Shown here piece after piece: positions 7,249 through 15,825 of a stretch of DNA of 36,974 bases. The stretch is from Clostridia bacterium (GTDB lineage Bacteria; Bacillota; Clostridia; UMGS1840), in assembly GCA_017549265.1 (NCBI GenBank), contig JAFYVF010000008.1, forward strand, positions 1-36,974. The letters are read 5' to 3'. The position numbers and the translations under genes were made by a program. A model generated the notes under the pieces. The model was not told the DNA's origin. It ran no database searches and saw only the letters and a list, made by a program, of their open reading frames with translations. Each line of letters opens with the position of its first letter. Within the stretch, counting starts at the first letter, position 1.

Positions 7249-8916
7249 TTACACTTCCATAATAATGGGGAGAATCATAGGAGAACGCTTGGTTTTTTTT
7301 GTTAAATAGGTACTCACCTGAGAACGCATTTCATTTTTTAAGGATGCCCAGTCGGTCACTTTTCTTTGGAGCATTGCTTCTAATGCTTCTTTGGCAACCT
7401 GACGGGTTTCTTCCATTAAATCCTCGCTGTCTCTCATATACACAAAACCGCGGGAAATAATGTCGGGACCGGAAAGAATCTGACCGGTTTCGGCAGATAA
7501 TGACACCACGATCACAATGAGCCCGTCCTGAGATAAATGCTTTCTGTCACGAAGCACAATGTTACCCACATCGCCTACCGATAACCCTGCCACAAACACT
7601 TTACCCGAGGGCACACTACCTGCAGGTTTTACTTGTGTTTTGGATACCTGCAACACATTTCCCAACTGAAGAATGTGAATACGGTCTTCGGGAATGCCCA
7701 CTTCCATCGCCAGGTTTTTATGATGAATCAAGTGCTTATATTCCCCGTGGATGGGCATAAAGTATTTGGGCTTGGTCAGTGCCAATATCAGTTTTAATTC
7801 TTCCTGACAGGCGTGACCTGAAACATGCACATCCGCTAAGTTATCGTACACCACTGAGGAACCGCGTTTGAATAACTCGTTCACTACGGTGGAAACTAAT
7901 TTTTCATTGCCCGGAATGGGATTTGCGCTTAACACTACCAAGTCGTTGGAAGTAATTTCCACTTTCCGATGGGCAGAGAATGCCATACGGTGCAAACCGC
8001 TCATAGGCTCTCCCTGACTTCCGGTGGTGATAATGGTTAAATGCTCATTGTTATAGTTTTTAATATTATCAATATCAATTAAGGTGCCTTTGGGAATCTT
8101 CATATAGCCCAGCTCCTGAGCAACCTGCACCACATTTTCCATACTTCTGCCCGATACCGCAACTTTACGGTTATAACGGACGGAAGCATCAATAATCTGT
8201 TGCACACGGTGCACGTTGGATGCAAAAGTGGCAATGATGATTCTCTTTTTGGGATTGGTGATGAAAATATCATTTAAAGCTTTTCCCACCGAGCGTTCAC
8301 TCTGGGTGTAGCCGTGGCGCTCTGCGTTGGTGGATTCACTCATTAAAAGGGTCACACCCTGTTTACCCAGTTGGCCGAATCGTGCTAAGTCAATCATATT
8401 TCCCGTCACGGGAGTGGTATCTATTTTAAAGTCCCCGGTGTGCAGAATAATGCCTTCGGGGGTGTGTACTGCAATGGCAACCGAATCCGCAATGGAATGG
8501 TTGGTATGGATAAATTCCACGGTGATGTCGCCAAATTTCAGGGTGTCTCCTGCAGTTACCTGATTTAAGGCAACTTTTGTGAGCAGATTGTGCTCTTTTA
8601 ACTTGAATTTTACAAGACCGATGGTCAGCTTGGTGCCAAACACGGGAATGGAACAATCTTTCATAAGATAGGGAATTCCACCGATATGGTCCTCATGACC
8701 ATGGGTTAACACCAACGCTTTAAATTTATGTTGATTTTTAATAATATACGAATAGTCAGGAATTACCAGGTCAACACCCAGCATATTCTCATCCGGAAAG
8801 GCAACTCCGCAATCAATTAAAATACCGATATCACCGTACTCGATAGCGGTCAGGTTCTTTCCGATCTCATGAAGTCCTCCTAAGGGAATTACCTTCAGTG
8901 TTTTCTTTTTTGCCAC
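7249..8916 (-). CDS. rnj: Ribonuclease J
   Basis: Metallo-beta-lactamase/beta-CASP protein with HGHEDHIGG. I start at GTG 8914-8916, with GGAGG 6 nt upstream, giving 555 aa. The ATG at 8976 lies upstream of the predicted -10 box. Confidence 0.9.
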   Translation of the reverse strand: MAKKKTLKVIPLGGLHEIGKNLTAIEYGDIGILIDCGVAFPDENMLGVDLVIPDYSYIIKNQHKFKALVLTHGHEDHIGGIPYLMKDCSIPVFGTKLTIGLVKFKLKEHNLLTKVALNQVTAGDTLKFGDITVEFIHTNHSIADSVAIAVHTPEGIILHTGDFKIDTTPVTGNMIDLARFGQLGKQGVTLLMSESTNAERHGYTQSERSVGKALNDIFITNPKKRIIIATFASNVHRVQQIIDASVRYNRKVAVSGRSMENVVQVAQELGYMKIPKGTLIDIDNIKNYNNEHLTIITTGSQGEPMSGLHRMAFSAHRKVEITSNDLVVLSANPIPGNEKLVSTVVNELFKRGSSVVYDNLADVHVSGHACQEELKLILALTKPKYFMPIHGEYKHLIHHKNLAMEVGIPEDRIHILQLGNVLQVSKTQVKPAGSVPSGKVFVAGLSVGDVGNIVLRDRKHLSQDGLIVIVVSLSAETGQILSGPDIISRGFVYMRDSEDLMEETRQVAKEALEAMLQRKVTDWASLKNEMRSQVSTYLTKKTKRSPMILPIIMEV

Positions 8917-8966
8917 AATAATCCTCCGATTCTTAATTTTTCCGAACATATAATAATAGTCATTAT

Positions 8967-8995
8967 AGTATAACATAATATTTTTATTCTGTCAA
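8967..8995 (-). promoter_or_regulatory. sigma-A-type promoter of the rnj operon (TTGACA-17-TATACT)
   Basis: Minus-strand TTGACA (8990-8995), 17-nt spacer, TATACT (8967-8972). Confidence 0.55.
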
Positions 8996-9072
8996 TTATA
9001 TAATGTATTATTTCTATCCCTTTTTGGAAATAATCAAAAGGAAGAAAAAAGTTTCCAATTTTAAAAAAAAAC

Positions 9073-9102
9073 TTTACAAATTGCATCCTTATGTGTTATA
9101 CT
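9073..9102 (+). promoter_or_regulatory. sigma-A-type promoter for nfnAB (TTTACA-18-TATACT)
   Basis: TTTACA at 9073-9078 and TATACT at 9097-9102, preceded by TGTGT. Confidence 0.45.
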
Positions 9103-9219
9103 GAAATAAAGAAAATATTATTGGAAGATTTTGCCTTTGCAAAAGAAAAAAACGCATCATTTTCCCTTAAAAATGAAACAGGTTGGTATTCATTTGAATA
9201 CGAAAGTGAGGTTTTTTAG

Positions 9220-10059
9220 ATGTTTCAAATTCAAAAACGGGAAGAGTTAAATCCCACCGTGACCAGAATTGCGGTGAAAGCTCCCCGCGTTGCAAAAAAA
9301 GCATTGCCCGGTCAGTTTATCATTTTAAGAGTGGATGAAAACGGCGAACGTATTCCTTTAACCGTTGCGGATACGGATCCCGTAAACGGCACCGTAACCG
9401 TGATTTTCCAGGTAGTTGGGGAATCCACCGAAATGCTCAACCACATTCCCGAGGGCGGATATCTCCATGATTTTGTAGGTCCTTTGGGTGTTCCCACCAA
9501 GATTGAAGGTTTAAAGAAAGTGGCTGTTGTGGGCGGCGGCGTAGGTTGTGCCATTGCATATCCCATTGCCAAAGCACTGCACAAACAGGGCACCGAAGTG
9601 CATTCCGTGGTTGGATTTCGAAACAAGGATTTAGTGATTTTAGAAGATGAATTCAAGGCAGTGAGCAGCCGCCTCTGCATGATGACCGATGACGGTTCTT
9701 ATGGAGAAAAAGGCTTAGTAACCGATGCATTGAAAGCCCTTATTGAAAGCGGTGAACAATACGATGAAGTGATTGTAATCGGTCCGCTTATTATGATGAA
9801 GTTTGTTTGTAAATTAACCAAAGAATACGGCGTAAAAACCACCGTTAGCATGAATCCCGTGATGATTGACGGAACGGGTATGTGCGGCGGTTGCCGACTG
9901 ACTGTTGGCGGCGAAACCAAGTTTGCTTGTGTGGATGGCCCCGATTTTGACGGTCATTTGGTGGATTTTGATGAAGCAATCCAGCGTTCCCGTATGTATC
10001 ATGGCTTTGAACGTCACCGTCACGAAGAAAGCTGTAATCTCTTTAAGGGGGTAAACTAA
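9220..10059 (+). CDS. nfnA: NfnA-type subunit: sulfide/dihydroorotate dehydrogenase-like FAD/NAD-binding protein with a 2Fe-2S cluster
   Basis: 279 aa, PyrK-like, with R.PLT, GGGVG and a C-terminal CGGC...C cluster. The gene ends immediately before the start of its GltD-like partner. Confidence 0.8.
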   Translation: MFQIQKREELNPTVTRIAVKAPRVAKKALPGQFIILRVDENGERIPLTVADTDPVNGTVTVIFQVVGESTEMLNHIPEGGYLHDFVGPLGVPTKIEGLKKVAVVGGGVGCAIAYPIAKALHKQGTEVHSVVGFRNKDLVILEDEFKAVSSRLCMMTDDGSYGEKGLVTDALKALIESGEQYDEVIVIGPLIMMKFVCKLTKEYGVKTTVSMNPVMIDGTGMCGGCRLTVGGETKFACVDGPDFDGHLVDFDEAIQRSRMYHGFERHRHEESCNLFKGVN

Positions 10060-10060
10060 G

Positions 10061-11446
10061 ATGCCGAATATGTCTTTACAAAAAAATCCCATGCCTCATC
10101 AGGAGGCGGATATCCGTAATAAAAATTTCTCTGAGGTAGCCTTGGGTTACACCTTAGAACAGGCAAAAGACGAAGCGGAACGTTGCCTGGGTTGTAAGCA
10201 TAAACCTTGTGTGGGCGGATGTCCCGTTGCCATTGATATTCCGGCTTTTATCCAGAAGATTAAAGAAGAAGACTTAGAAGGTGCTTATCAGATTTTAAAC
10301 AAATCCACTTCGTTGCCTGCAGTGTGCGGACGTGTTTGTCCCCAGGAAGTGCAGTGCGAAGCAAAATGTGTTCGTGGCATTAAGGGGGAACCCGTTGCTA
10401 TCGGCAGATTGGAACGTTTTGTGGCAGACTGGCACCGTGAACACAGCAAGGAAGAACACCTTGACACCAAATCCAACGGCAAAAAAGTGGCAGTAATCGG
10501 TTCCGGTCCTGCAGGACTTACCTGTGCCGGCGACTTAGCTAAAGGAGGCTACGACGTTACCGTGTTTGAAGCATTGCATGTTGCAGGCGGTGTGTTGGTA
10601 TACGGAATTCCTGAATTCCGTCTGCCTAAAGCCATTGTACAGGCTGAAATTGAAAAATTAAAACAGATTGGCGTTAAAATTGAAACCAACGTAGTTGTTG
10701 GGAAAACCTTAGCAGTTGACGAATTGTTTGAGGAAGGGTTTGACGCTGTGTTTATCGGCTCCGGTGCAGGTCTTCCCAGATTTATGAAGATTCCCGGCGA
10801 AAACTTAAACGGTGTGTATTCCGCCAACGAGTTTTTAACCCGTGTGAACCTGATGAAAGCCTATCGGGAAGATGCAAAAACTCCCGTTCTGCACGCGAAA
10901 AACGTGGCAGTGGTAGGCGGCGGTAACGTGGCAATGGACGCTGCCCGTTGTGCAAAGCGTCTGGGTGCGGAAAACGTGTATATTGTGTACCGTCGTTCTT
11001 TAGATGAAATGCCTGCCCGTAAAGAAGAAGTGGAACACGCGATGGAAGAAGGTATCCACTTTAAGGTGCTTTGCAACCCCAAAGAAATTTTGGGTGACGA
11101 AAATAAATTTGTTTCCGGCATGAAATGTGTGGAAATGGAGCTGGGTGAACCCGATGAATCCGGCAGAAGACGTCCCGTTGAAAAGAAAGACAGCGAATTT
11201 GTACTTCCTGTGGATGCGGTGATTATGTCTATCGGTACTTCTCCCAATCCGCTGATTAAGAGTACCACCCAGGGGTTAGAAACCAACTCTCACGGTTGTA
11301 TCGTAACCGATGATAACGGCAAAACCTCCCGAGAAGCTGTGTATGCCGGCGGTGACGCAGTAACCGGTGCCGCAACCGTAATTCTTGCCATGGGCGCAGG
11401 AAAAACTGCGGCAAAATCCATCATGGAATATTTAGAAAATAAATAA
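10061..11446 (+). CDS. nfnB: NfnB-type subunit: GltD-like NADPH-dependent oxidoreductase with 2x[4Fe-4S] and FAD
   Basis: 461 aa with two Cys clusters (CLGCK.KPC..GCP and CGRVCPQE..CE.KC) and VAVIGSGPAGL dinucleotide folds. Confidence 0.8.
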   Translation: MPNMSLQKNPMPHQEADIRNKNFSEVALGYTLEQAKDEAERCLGCKHKPCVGGCPVAIDIPAFIQKIKEEDLEGAYQILNKSTSLPAVCGRVCPQEVQCEAKCVRGIKGEPVAIGRLERFVADWHREHSKEEHLDTKSNGKKVAVIGSGPAGLTCAGDLAKGGYDVTVFEALHVAGGVLVYGIPEFRLPKAIVQAEIEKLKQIGVKIETNVVVGKTLAVDELFEEGFDAVFIGSGAGLPRFMKIPGENLNGVYSANEFLTRVNLMKAYREDAKTPVLHAKNVAVVGGGNVAMDAARCAKRLGAENVYIVYRRSLDEMPARKEEVEHAMEEGIHFKVLCNPKEILGDENKFVSGMKCVEMELGEPDESGRRRPVEKKDSEFVLPVDAVIMSIGTSPNPLIKSTTQGLETNSHGCIVTDDNGKTSREAVYAGGDAVTGAATVILAMGAGKTAAKSIMEYLENK

Positions 11447-11447
11447 G

Positions 11448-11476
11448 AAAAAGCACCCTCAGGGGTGCTTTTTTTA
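11448..11476. terminator. Bidirectional rho-independent terminator between convergent nfnB and the patatin gene
   Basis: AAAAAGCACCC-TCAG-GGGTGCTTTTTTT, with A and T runs on both sides. Confidence 0.75.
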
Positions 11477-12571
11477 TGCAAATGTGGAGAGGAAAATTCC
11501 GACTGTTTCTTTGGATAAAACTCCTGTATGAGAGCGAATATGGCGGAAATTTCGTGGTAGTCCTTTGCTTCTGCAATGTATTTTTCGACGGACTTCCTTT
11601 AGGAAAGAATCGGCGGTATAGATGCGGTAGGGGCTTAGCTTTAACAGTCTTGCCGTGATTTCTGCGGCATTTTTGACGACTGCTTCCGAGGAGGCATCTT
11701 CGGGGAACAATTTTTTGAAAACAGAATTCTGTGTTCTTTTCAGCAGATAGCGGCAACGTGCAAGGGCAACCTGTTTTCTTTGGGATAACACGCGAAAGGT
11801 GTTTGTTTGAAATGTGAACGCATCCCCTTCATATACGCCAAAGGTTTTCATGGCATCCAAATACCCCAGGCGAATATTGCGTTCCGTATTTTCCTTGCGG
11901 AACAGAAGCCAGTTTCCCAGGTCCCACTTTGGGAAAATGGGAATCACGGAGCTGTCATTGGCAAAGGGCGTTTTTTTCGTACCCCATTCGTCCAGACAAA
12001 CGGCAATCACATTGTGGGCTCCTTTTTTCTTTGCCAGGGCAATGGGCAAGTTATCAGAGTAACCTCCATCGATGTAATCAACTCCCCGGATATTATGGCA
12101 ACAAGCAGCAGGGAAGCAGGCAGTGGTTGCCATCAGGTAATCGGGCAACATTCCACTAGGGATATCCTCGGTAAACACCTGACAGGGAGAAAGGTCTTGT
12201 TTTTTTACCAATACCATTCCCAGGGGAATCTGAGAGGCACGGATTTTTTCTTCCTGAAGATGGTTTTTCAGAAGTTTCTGCAAGCCGTTTCTTTGGATTC
12301 CGCCTTGATGGAAAAATGCTTTGGCATACTCTAAAAAATGCGGTTCTTTCGGAAAATCAAAGATTGCCGTGGTATTTAAGCTTTTCCACAAATTTACTGC
12401 TGTGTCGTAGGAATTCTGAATGATGAGTGCGCCGTTTAAAGCCCCCACCGAAGTTCCTGTGATAATATCAGGACGGATGTTCAGTTCCCGTAGTGCCTTC
12501 CACACACCAATCTGATAGGAACCACGAGAACCTCCGCCTGCTAAAACCAGCCCTGTTTTCATTTTTTTCAC
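11474..12571 (-). CDS. Patatin-like phospholipase family protein
   Basis: GGGSRGSYQIG oxyanion motif, GTSVGA nucleophile elbow, IDGGYSDNLP catalytic Asp motif, and a C-terminal extension of about 130 aa of unknown function. Confidence 0.85.
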   Translation of the reverse strand: MKKMKTGLVLAGGGSRGSYQIGVWKALRELNIRPDIITGTSVGALNGALIIQNSYDTAVNLWKSLNTTAIFDFPKEPHFLEYAKAFFHQGGIQRNGLQKLLKNHLQEEKIRASQIPLGMVLVKKQDLSPCQVFTEDIPSGMLPDYLMATTACFPAACCHNIRGVDYIDGGYSDNLPIALAKKKGAHNVIAVCLDEWGTKKTPFANDSSVIPIFPKWDLGNWLLFRKENTERNIRLGYLDAMKTFGVYEGDAFTFQTNTFRVLSQRKQVALARCRYLLKRTQNSVFKKLFPEDASSEAVVKNAAEITARLLKLSPYRIYTADSFLKEVRRKIHCRSKGLPRNFRHIRSHTGVLSKETVGIFLSTFA

Positions 12572-12651
12572 TCCCGATTTTGATACTCTTTACAGTATGA
12601 TTTTTTTGCATCAAAAAAATTCGGATTCCTAAAAAATATCTGTATTCCTAT

Positions 12652-12680
12652 TTGACAGATTGACAGTTTTGTGTTATGAT
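12652..12680 (+). promoter_or_regulatory. sigma-A-type promoter for rsmA (TTGACA-17-TATGAT)
   Basis: TTGACA at 12652-12657, 17-nt spacer, TATGAT at 12675-12680. A second TTGACA lies 8 nt downstream. Confidence 0.5.
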
Positions 12681-12736
12681 GTATACAAGGGAATTTTAGG
12701 AATTTTTTGTAAACAGACAGAGAGGAAGGAAACGGT

Positions 12737-13531
12737 ATGGCAAAAATTGTGGCAAAAAAATCACTGGGTCAAAATTTTTTGCAGGATGATTCGGTGATTG
12801 ATAATATTGTAACGCAAGCAGGGGTAAACAAAGATACCGATGTTCTGGAAATCGGGCCCGGATTGGGTGCTGTGACCGATTTGCTGGTGGAACGTGCCAG
12901 AAATGTGGTCGCCGTGGAAATTGATGACCGTTTGTATCATAATCTGGTGAAAAAACACGGGCATCGTGATAATTTTACCATTATCAATGCCGATATTTTG
13001 GAAACCGATTTATCTAAAATTGTTACCGACCATATGATTGTGGTGGCAAATTTGCCCTACTATATCACCACGCCTATCATCACCAAATTGGTGGAAAATC
13101 CCTGCGGATTAAAAAGCTTAACTGTGATGGTGCAGTTGGAAGTGGCAAAACGAATCTGTGCAGACCATACCCAAAAAGATTACGGTGCCATTTCGGTGTT
13201 TTGCAATTATCATTGTGATACCGAACTTCTGTTTACTGTGCCGCCTGAAGCGTTCGACCCCGTTCCTAAGGTAACTTCTGCAGTAATGAAATTATCCTTC
13301 CGAGATGAAAAAGCAGTTGCCCCCAAAAACGAAAAACATTTCTTTTCGGTGGTGAAGGTGGCATTTTCCAACAGAAGAAAAACTTTGTCAAATTGTCTGA
13401 TGCAAGGTTTCTCGTTGTCCCGTGAGGAAGCAGTGGGTTTGATTACCGCTTGCGGATTGTCTGAAACCGTCCGTGGCGAAAAGCTTTCTCTTTCGGATTT
13501 CTGCAAGTTAAGCGACTTGATGTGTGAGTAG
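12737..13531 (+). CDS. rsmA: 16S rRNA (adenine1518/1519-N6)-dimethyltransferase RsmA/KsgA
   Basis: LGQNFL, SAM motif VLEIGPGLGA, and ANLPYYITTPI. Confidence 0.9.
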   Translation: MAKIVAKKSLGQNFLQDDSVIDNIVTQAGVNKDTDVLEIGPGLGAVTDLLVERARNVVAVEIDDRLYHNLVKKHGHRDNFTIINADILETDLSKIVTDHMIVVANLPYYITTPIITKLVENPCGLKSLTVMVQLEVAKRICADHTQKDYGAISVFCNYHCDTELLFTVPPEAFDPVPKVTSAVMKLSFRDEKAVAPKNEKHFFSVVKVAFSNRRKTLSNCLMQGFSLSREEAVGLITACGLSETVRGEKLSLSDFCKLSDLMCE

Positions 13532-13585
13532 GGAAGATAAGAGATTGAATTGGCTGCGCCCCTCGAAACAAACAAAATCAAAGAT

Positions 13586-13615
13586 AACCAAAAGAAACCA
13601 AAAGAAACCAAAAAA
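13586..13615. repeat. Three tandem copies of a 10-nt unit (AACCAAAAGA) inside an extremely A-rich tract
   Basis: Direct reading: aaccaaaaga aaccaaaaga aaccaaaaaa. Confidence 0.6.
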
Positions 13616-13638
13616 ATACAAAAAAATAAAAAAAACAC

Positions 13639-13667
13639 TTGCCAAATGAAAAAAAGTGTGGTATAGT
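13639..13667 (+). promoter_or_regulatory. sigma-A-type promoter for pckG (TTGCCA-17-TATAGT, TG extended)
   Basis: TTGCCA at 13639-13644 and TGGTATAGT ending at 13667. A duplicated GTGGTATAAT follows at 13670-13678. Confidence 0.45.
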
Positions 13668-13765
13668 GGTGGTATAATGGGTGGGAATAGGATTTTTCCA
13701 AAAATGCTACCCTTGGAATTGATTAAAAATATAGTTTATTATAGAATGAAAAAGGAGTTATTACG

Positions 13766-15514
13766 ATGACTGACAACAAATTTGTGTTAAGCTGGGTTGA
13801 AGAAATGAAAAACCTGGTAAAACCCGCTAATGTAGTATGGATTGACGGTTCCGAAGCACAGCTGGAAAGCTTAAGAGAACAGTCCTGCAAATCCGGCGAA
13901 ATGATCCGTTTGGACCAGGAAAAATTACCCGGATGTTTTTATCATAGAACTGCTCAGAATGACGTTGCTCGTGTAGAAGACAGAACCTTCATCTGTGCAA
14001 CCAGCGAAGAAGAAGCAGGCCCCACCAACAACTGGATGGACCCCAAAGCTGCTTACGAAAAATTAGGCAAATTATTCGACGGTTCCATGGCAGGCAAAAC
14101 CATGTATGTAATTCCTTTCATCATGGGCGTGTTAGGCTCTCCTTTCTCCAAAGTTGGTGTTGAAATCACCGACAGCATCTATGTTGTATTAAACATGGCT
14201 ATTATGACCCGTGTTGGTATCCAGGCTGAAAAACAGCTGGGTGACAGCGCAGATTTCACCAAATGTTTACACGCTTGTAAAGATGTAAACCCCGATGAAA
14301 GATATATTATGCATTTCCCCCAGGACAACACCATCTGGAGCATCAACTCCGCATACGGCGGAAACGTTCTCTTAGGTAAAAAATGCTTAGCATTAAGAAT
14401 TGCAAGCTACCTGGGCAGAAAAGAAGGCTGGATGGCAGAACACATGCTCATCTTAGGCTTAGAAAATCCCAAAGGCGAAGTGAAATACATTGCTGCAGCG
14501 TTCCCCTCTGCTTGTGGTAAAACTAACCTAGCAATGTTAATTCCTCCTGCTATCTTAAAAGGTTACAAAGTATACACCGTAGGTGATGATATCGCTTGGA
14601 TCCGTGTTGGTGAAGACGGCAGACTGTGGGCTATGAACCCCGAAGCTGGTTTCTTCGGCGTTGCTCCCGGTACCTCCAACAAAACCAACCCCAATGCATT
14701 GGCTACTACCATGAAAAACACCATCTTCACCAACGTGTTCCTAAAAGATGACAACACTGTATGGTGGGAAGGTATGGACGGTGACGCTCCTGCAACCGGT
14801 ACCGACTGGTTAGGTAACCCCTGGACTCCCGAATCCGGCGTAAAAGGTGCACATCCCAACTCCAGATTTACCGCTCCTGCTTGTCAGTGCCCCTGCATTT
14901 CTTCCGAATTTGAATCCACCGCAGGTGTACCCCTGTCCGCAATCGTATTTGGCGGCAGACGTGCAAAAACTGCTCCCCTGGTATACCAGTCCTTCAACTG
15001 GAACCACGGTGTATTCATGGGTGCTACCATGGCATCTGAAACCACTGCTGCAGCTGCAGGTGCAGTTGGCGTAGTTCGTCGTGACCCCATGGCTATGATT
15101 CCCTTCTGTGGTTACAATATGGGTGACTACTTCCAGCACTGGTTAGATATGGGCACCAAAACTGACAAACTGCCCTTAATCTTCCACGTTAACTGGTTCA
15201 GAACCAATGCAGACGGCAAATTCATCTGGCCCGGATTTGGTGACAACGTTCGTGTGTTAAACTGGATCTTAGCAAGATGTGCAGGCGAAGTTGATGCAGT
15301 AGAAACTGCAATCGGTTACCTGCCCAAGAAAGAAGATTTAGACTTAACCGGTTTAGATATTGCTGACGAAGTATTAGACGAACTGTTAAGCGTTGATAAA
15401 GAAGTTTGGTTAGAAGAAACCAAAGGTATCGGCGAATTCTTCGCAAAATTCGGTGACAGACTGCCCAAAGAATTAGCAGCTGAACTGGAAAATTTAAAAG
15501 CAAGATTAGCATAA
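13766..15514 (+). CDS. pckG: Phosphoenolpyruvate carboxykinase (GTP)
   Basis: 582 aa with the kinase-1a P-loop FPSACGKTN, WMAEHMLI, and the GDDIAW..G.DG motifs characteristic of GTP-PEPCK. Confidence 0.92.
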   Translation: MTDNKFVLSWVEEMKNLVKPANVVWIDGSEAQLESLREQSCKSGEMIRLDQEKLPGCFYHRTAQNDVARVEDRTFICATSEEEAGPTNNWMDPKAAYEKLGKLFDGSMAGKTMYVIPFIMGVLGSPFSKVGVEITDSIYVVLNMAIMTRVGIQAEKQLGDSADFTKCLHACKDVNPDERYIMHFPQDNTIWSINSAYGGNVLLGKKCLALRIASYLGRKEGWMAEHMLILGLENPKGEVKYIAAAFPSACGKTNLAMLIPPAILKGYKVYTVGDDIAWIRVGEDGRLWAMNPEAGFFGVAPGTSNKTNPNALATTMKNTIFTNVFLKDDNTVWWEGMDGDAPATGTDWLGNPWTPESGVKGAHPNSRFTAPACQCPCISSEFESTAGVPLSAIVFGGRRAKTAPLVYQSFNWNHGVFMGATMASETTAAAAGAVGVVRRDPMAMIPFCGYNMGDYFQHWLDMGTKTDKLPLIFHVNWFRTNADGKFIWPGFGDNVRVLNWILARCAGEVDAVETAIGYLPKKEDLDLTGLDIADEVLDELLSVDKEVWLEETKGIGEFFAKFGDRLPKELAAELENLKARLA

Positions 15515-15536
15515 TTTTGTTACTGTAATATTGCAT

Positions 15537-15585
15537 AAAAAAAGTCTGTGGGATTGGCGAATTTGCCAATCCCACAGTTTTTTTG
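15537..15585 (+). terminator. rho-independent terminator of pckG
   Basis: 13-bp stem CTGTGGGATTGGC/GCCAATCCCACAG followed by TTTTTTT. Confidence 0.8.
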
Positions 15586-15635
15586 TTACAGGAAGATAAC
15601 ATTTTGGTGACGTGGGGAATATTTTGGGAAAATGC

Positions 15636-15664
15636 TTGACTTTTTTAGGGGGGTATGCTATGAT
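15636..15664 (+). promoter_or_regulatory. sigma-A-type promoter (TTGACT-17-TATGAT)
   Basis: TTGACT at 15636-15641, 17-nt spacer, TATGAT at 15659-15664. It predicts a leader of about 155 nt. Confidence 0.5.
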
Positions 15665-15825
15665 GAAACCAAGAAAATTGTATGCATTTTTGGTATCGTT
15701 TTGATATTTTTTGGTGCTTTTTAGTAGCTTTTCATCCGCTGAAAGCATTCAAAAACAAGCATAAATTTTCAATGATTTGCATAAAAAATATCATATATTC
15801 ATTTTGACCATAGGAGGTTATCATT

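Noticed and set aside
8917-8976. Longer RNase J N-terminus (MLYYNDYYYMFGKIKNRRII...) from the ORF track
   Set aside because: The ATG at 8976 lies upstream of the predicted -10 box (8967-8972) and has no RBS. GTG 8916 has GGAGG at 6-nt spacing and gives a 555-aa protein, a length I recall as typical for RNase J.
9220-11446. Annotation as glutamate synthase small-subunit genes
   Set aside because: The PyrK-like plus GltD-like pair, with no large GltB subunit nearby, is the NfnAB arrangement. This remains a family-level call only.
11474-12571. Patatin-like phospholipase as a CBASS-type or other defence effector
   Set aside because: There is no cyclase/nucleotidyltransferase, sensor or other defence gene nearby. 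It is a monocistronic gene between nfnAB and rsmA, consistent with a housekeeping lipase.
12625-12702. 10-bp inverted repeat ATTCCTAAAA / TTTTAGGAAT flanking the rsmA promoter
   Set aside because: It is a short, AT-rich match about 60 bp apart, plausibly due to chance in AT-rich intergenic DNA. I have nothing else to support an operator.
13210-13701. 163-aa minus-strand ORF with a hydrophobic N-terminus
   Set aside because: The hydrophobic part is simply poly-T (Phe/Leu) translation of the A-tract, and the rest is antisense to rsmA.
15661-15705. 14-codon mini-ORF (MMKPRKLYAFLVSF) as a leader peptide
   Set aside because: Its ATG lies inside the predicted -10 box (15659-15664), so it would not be on the transcript from that promoter.
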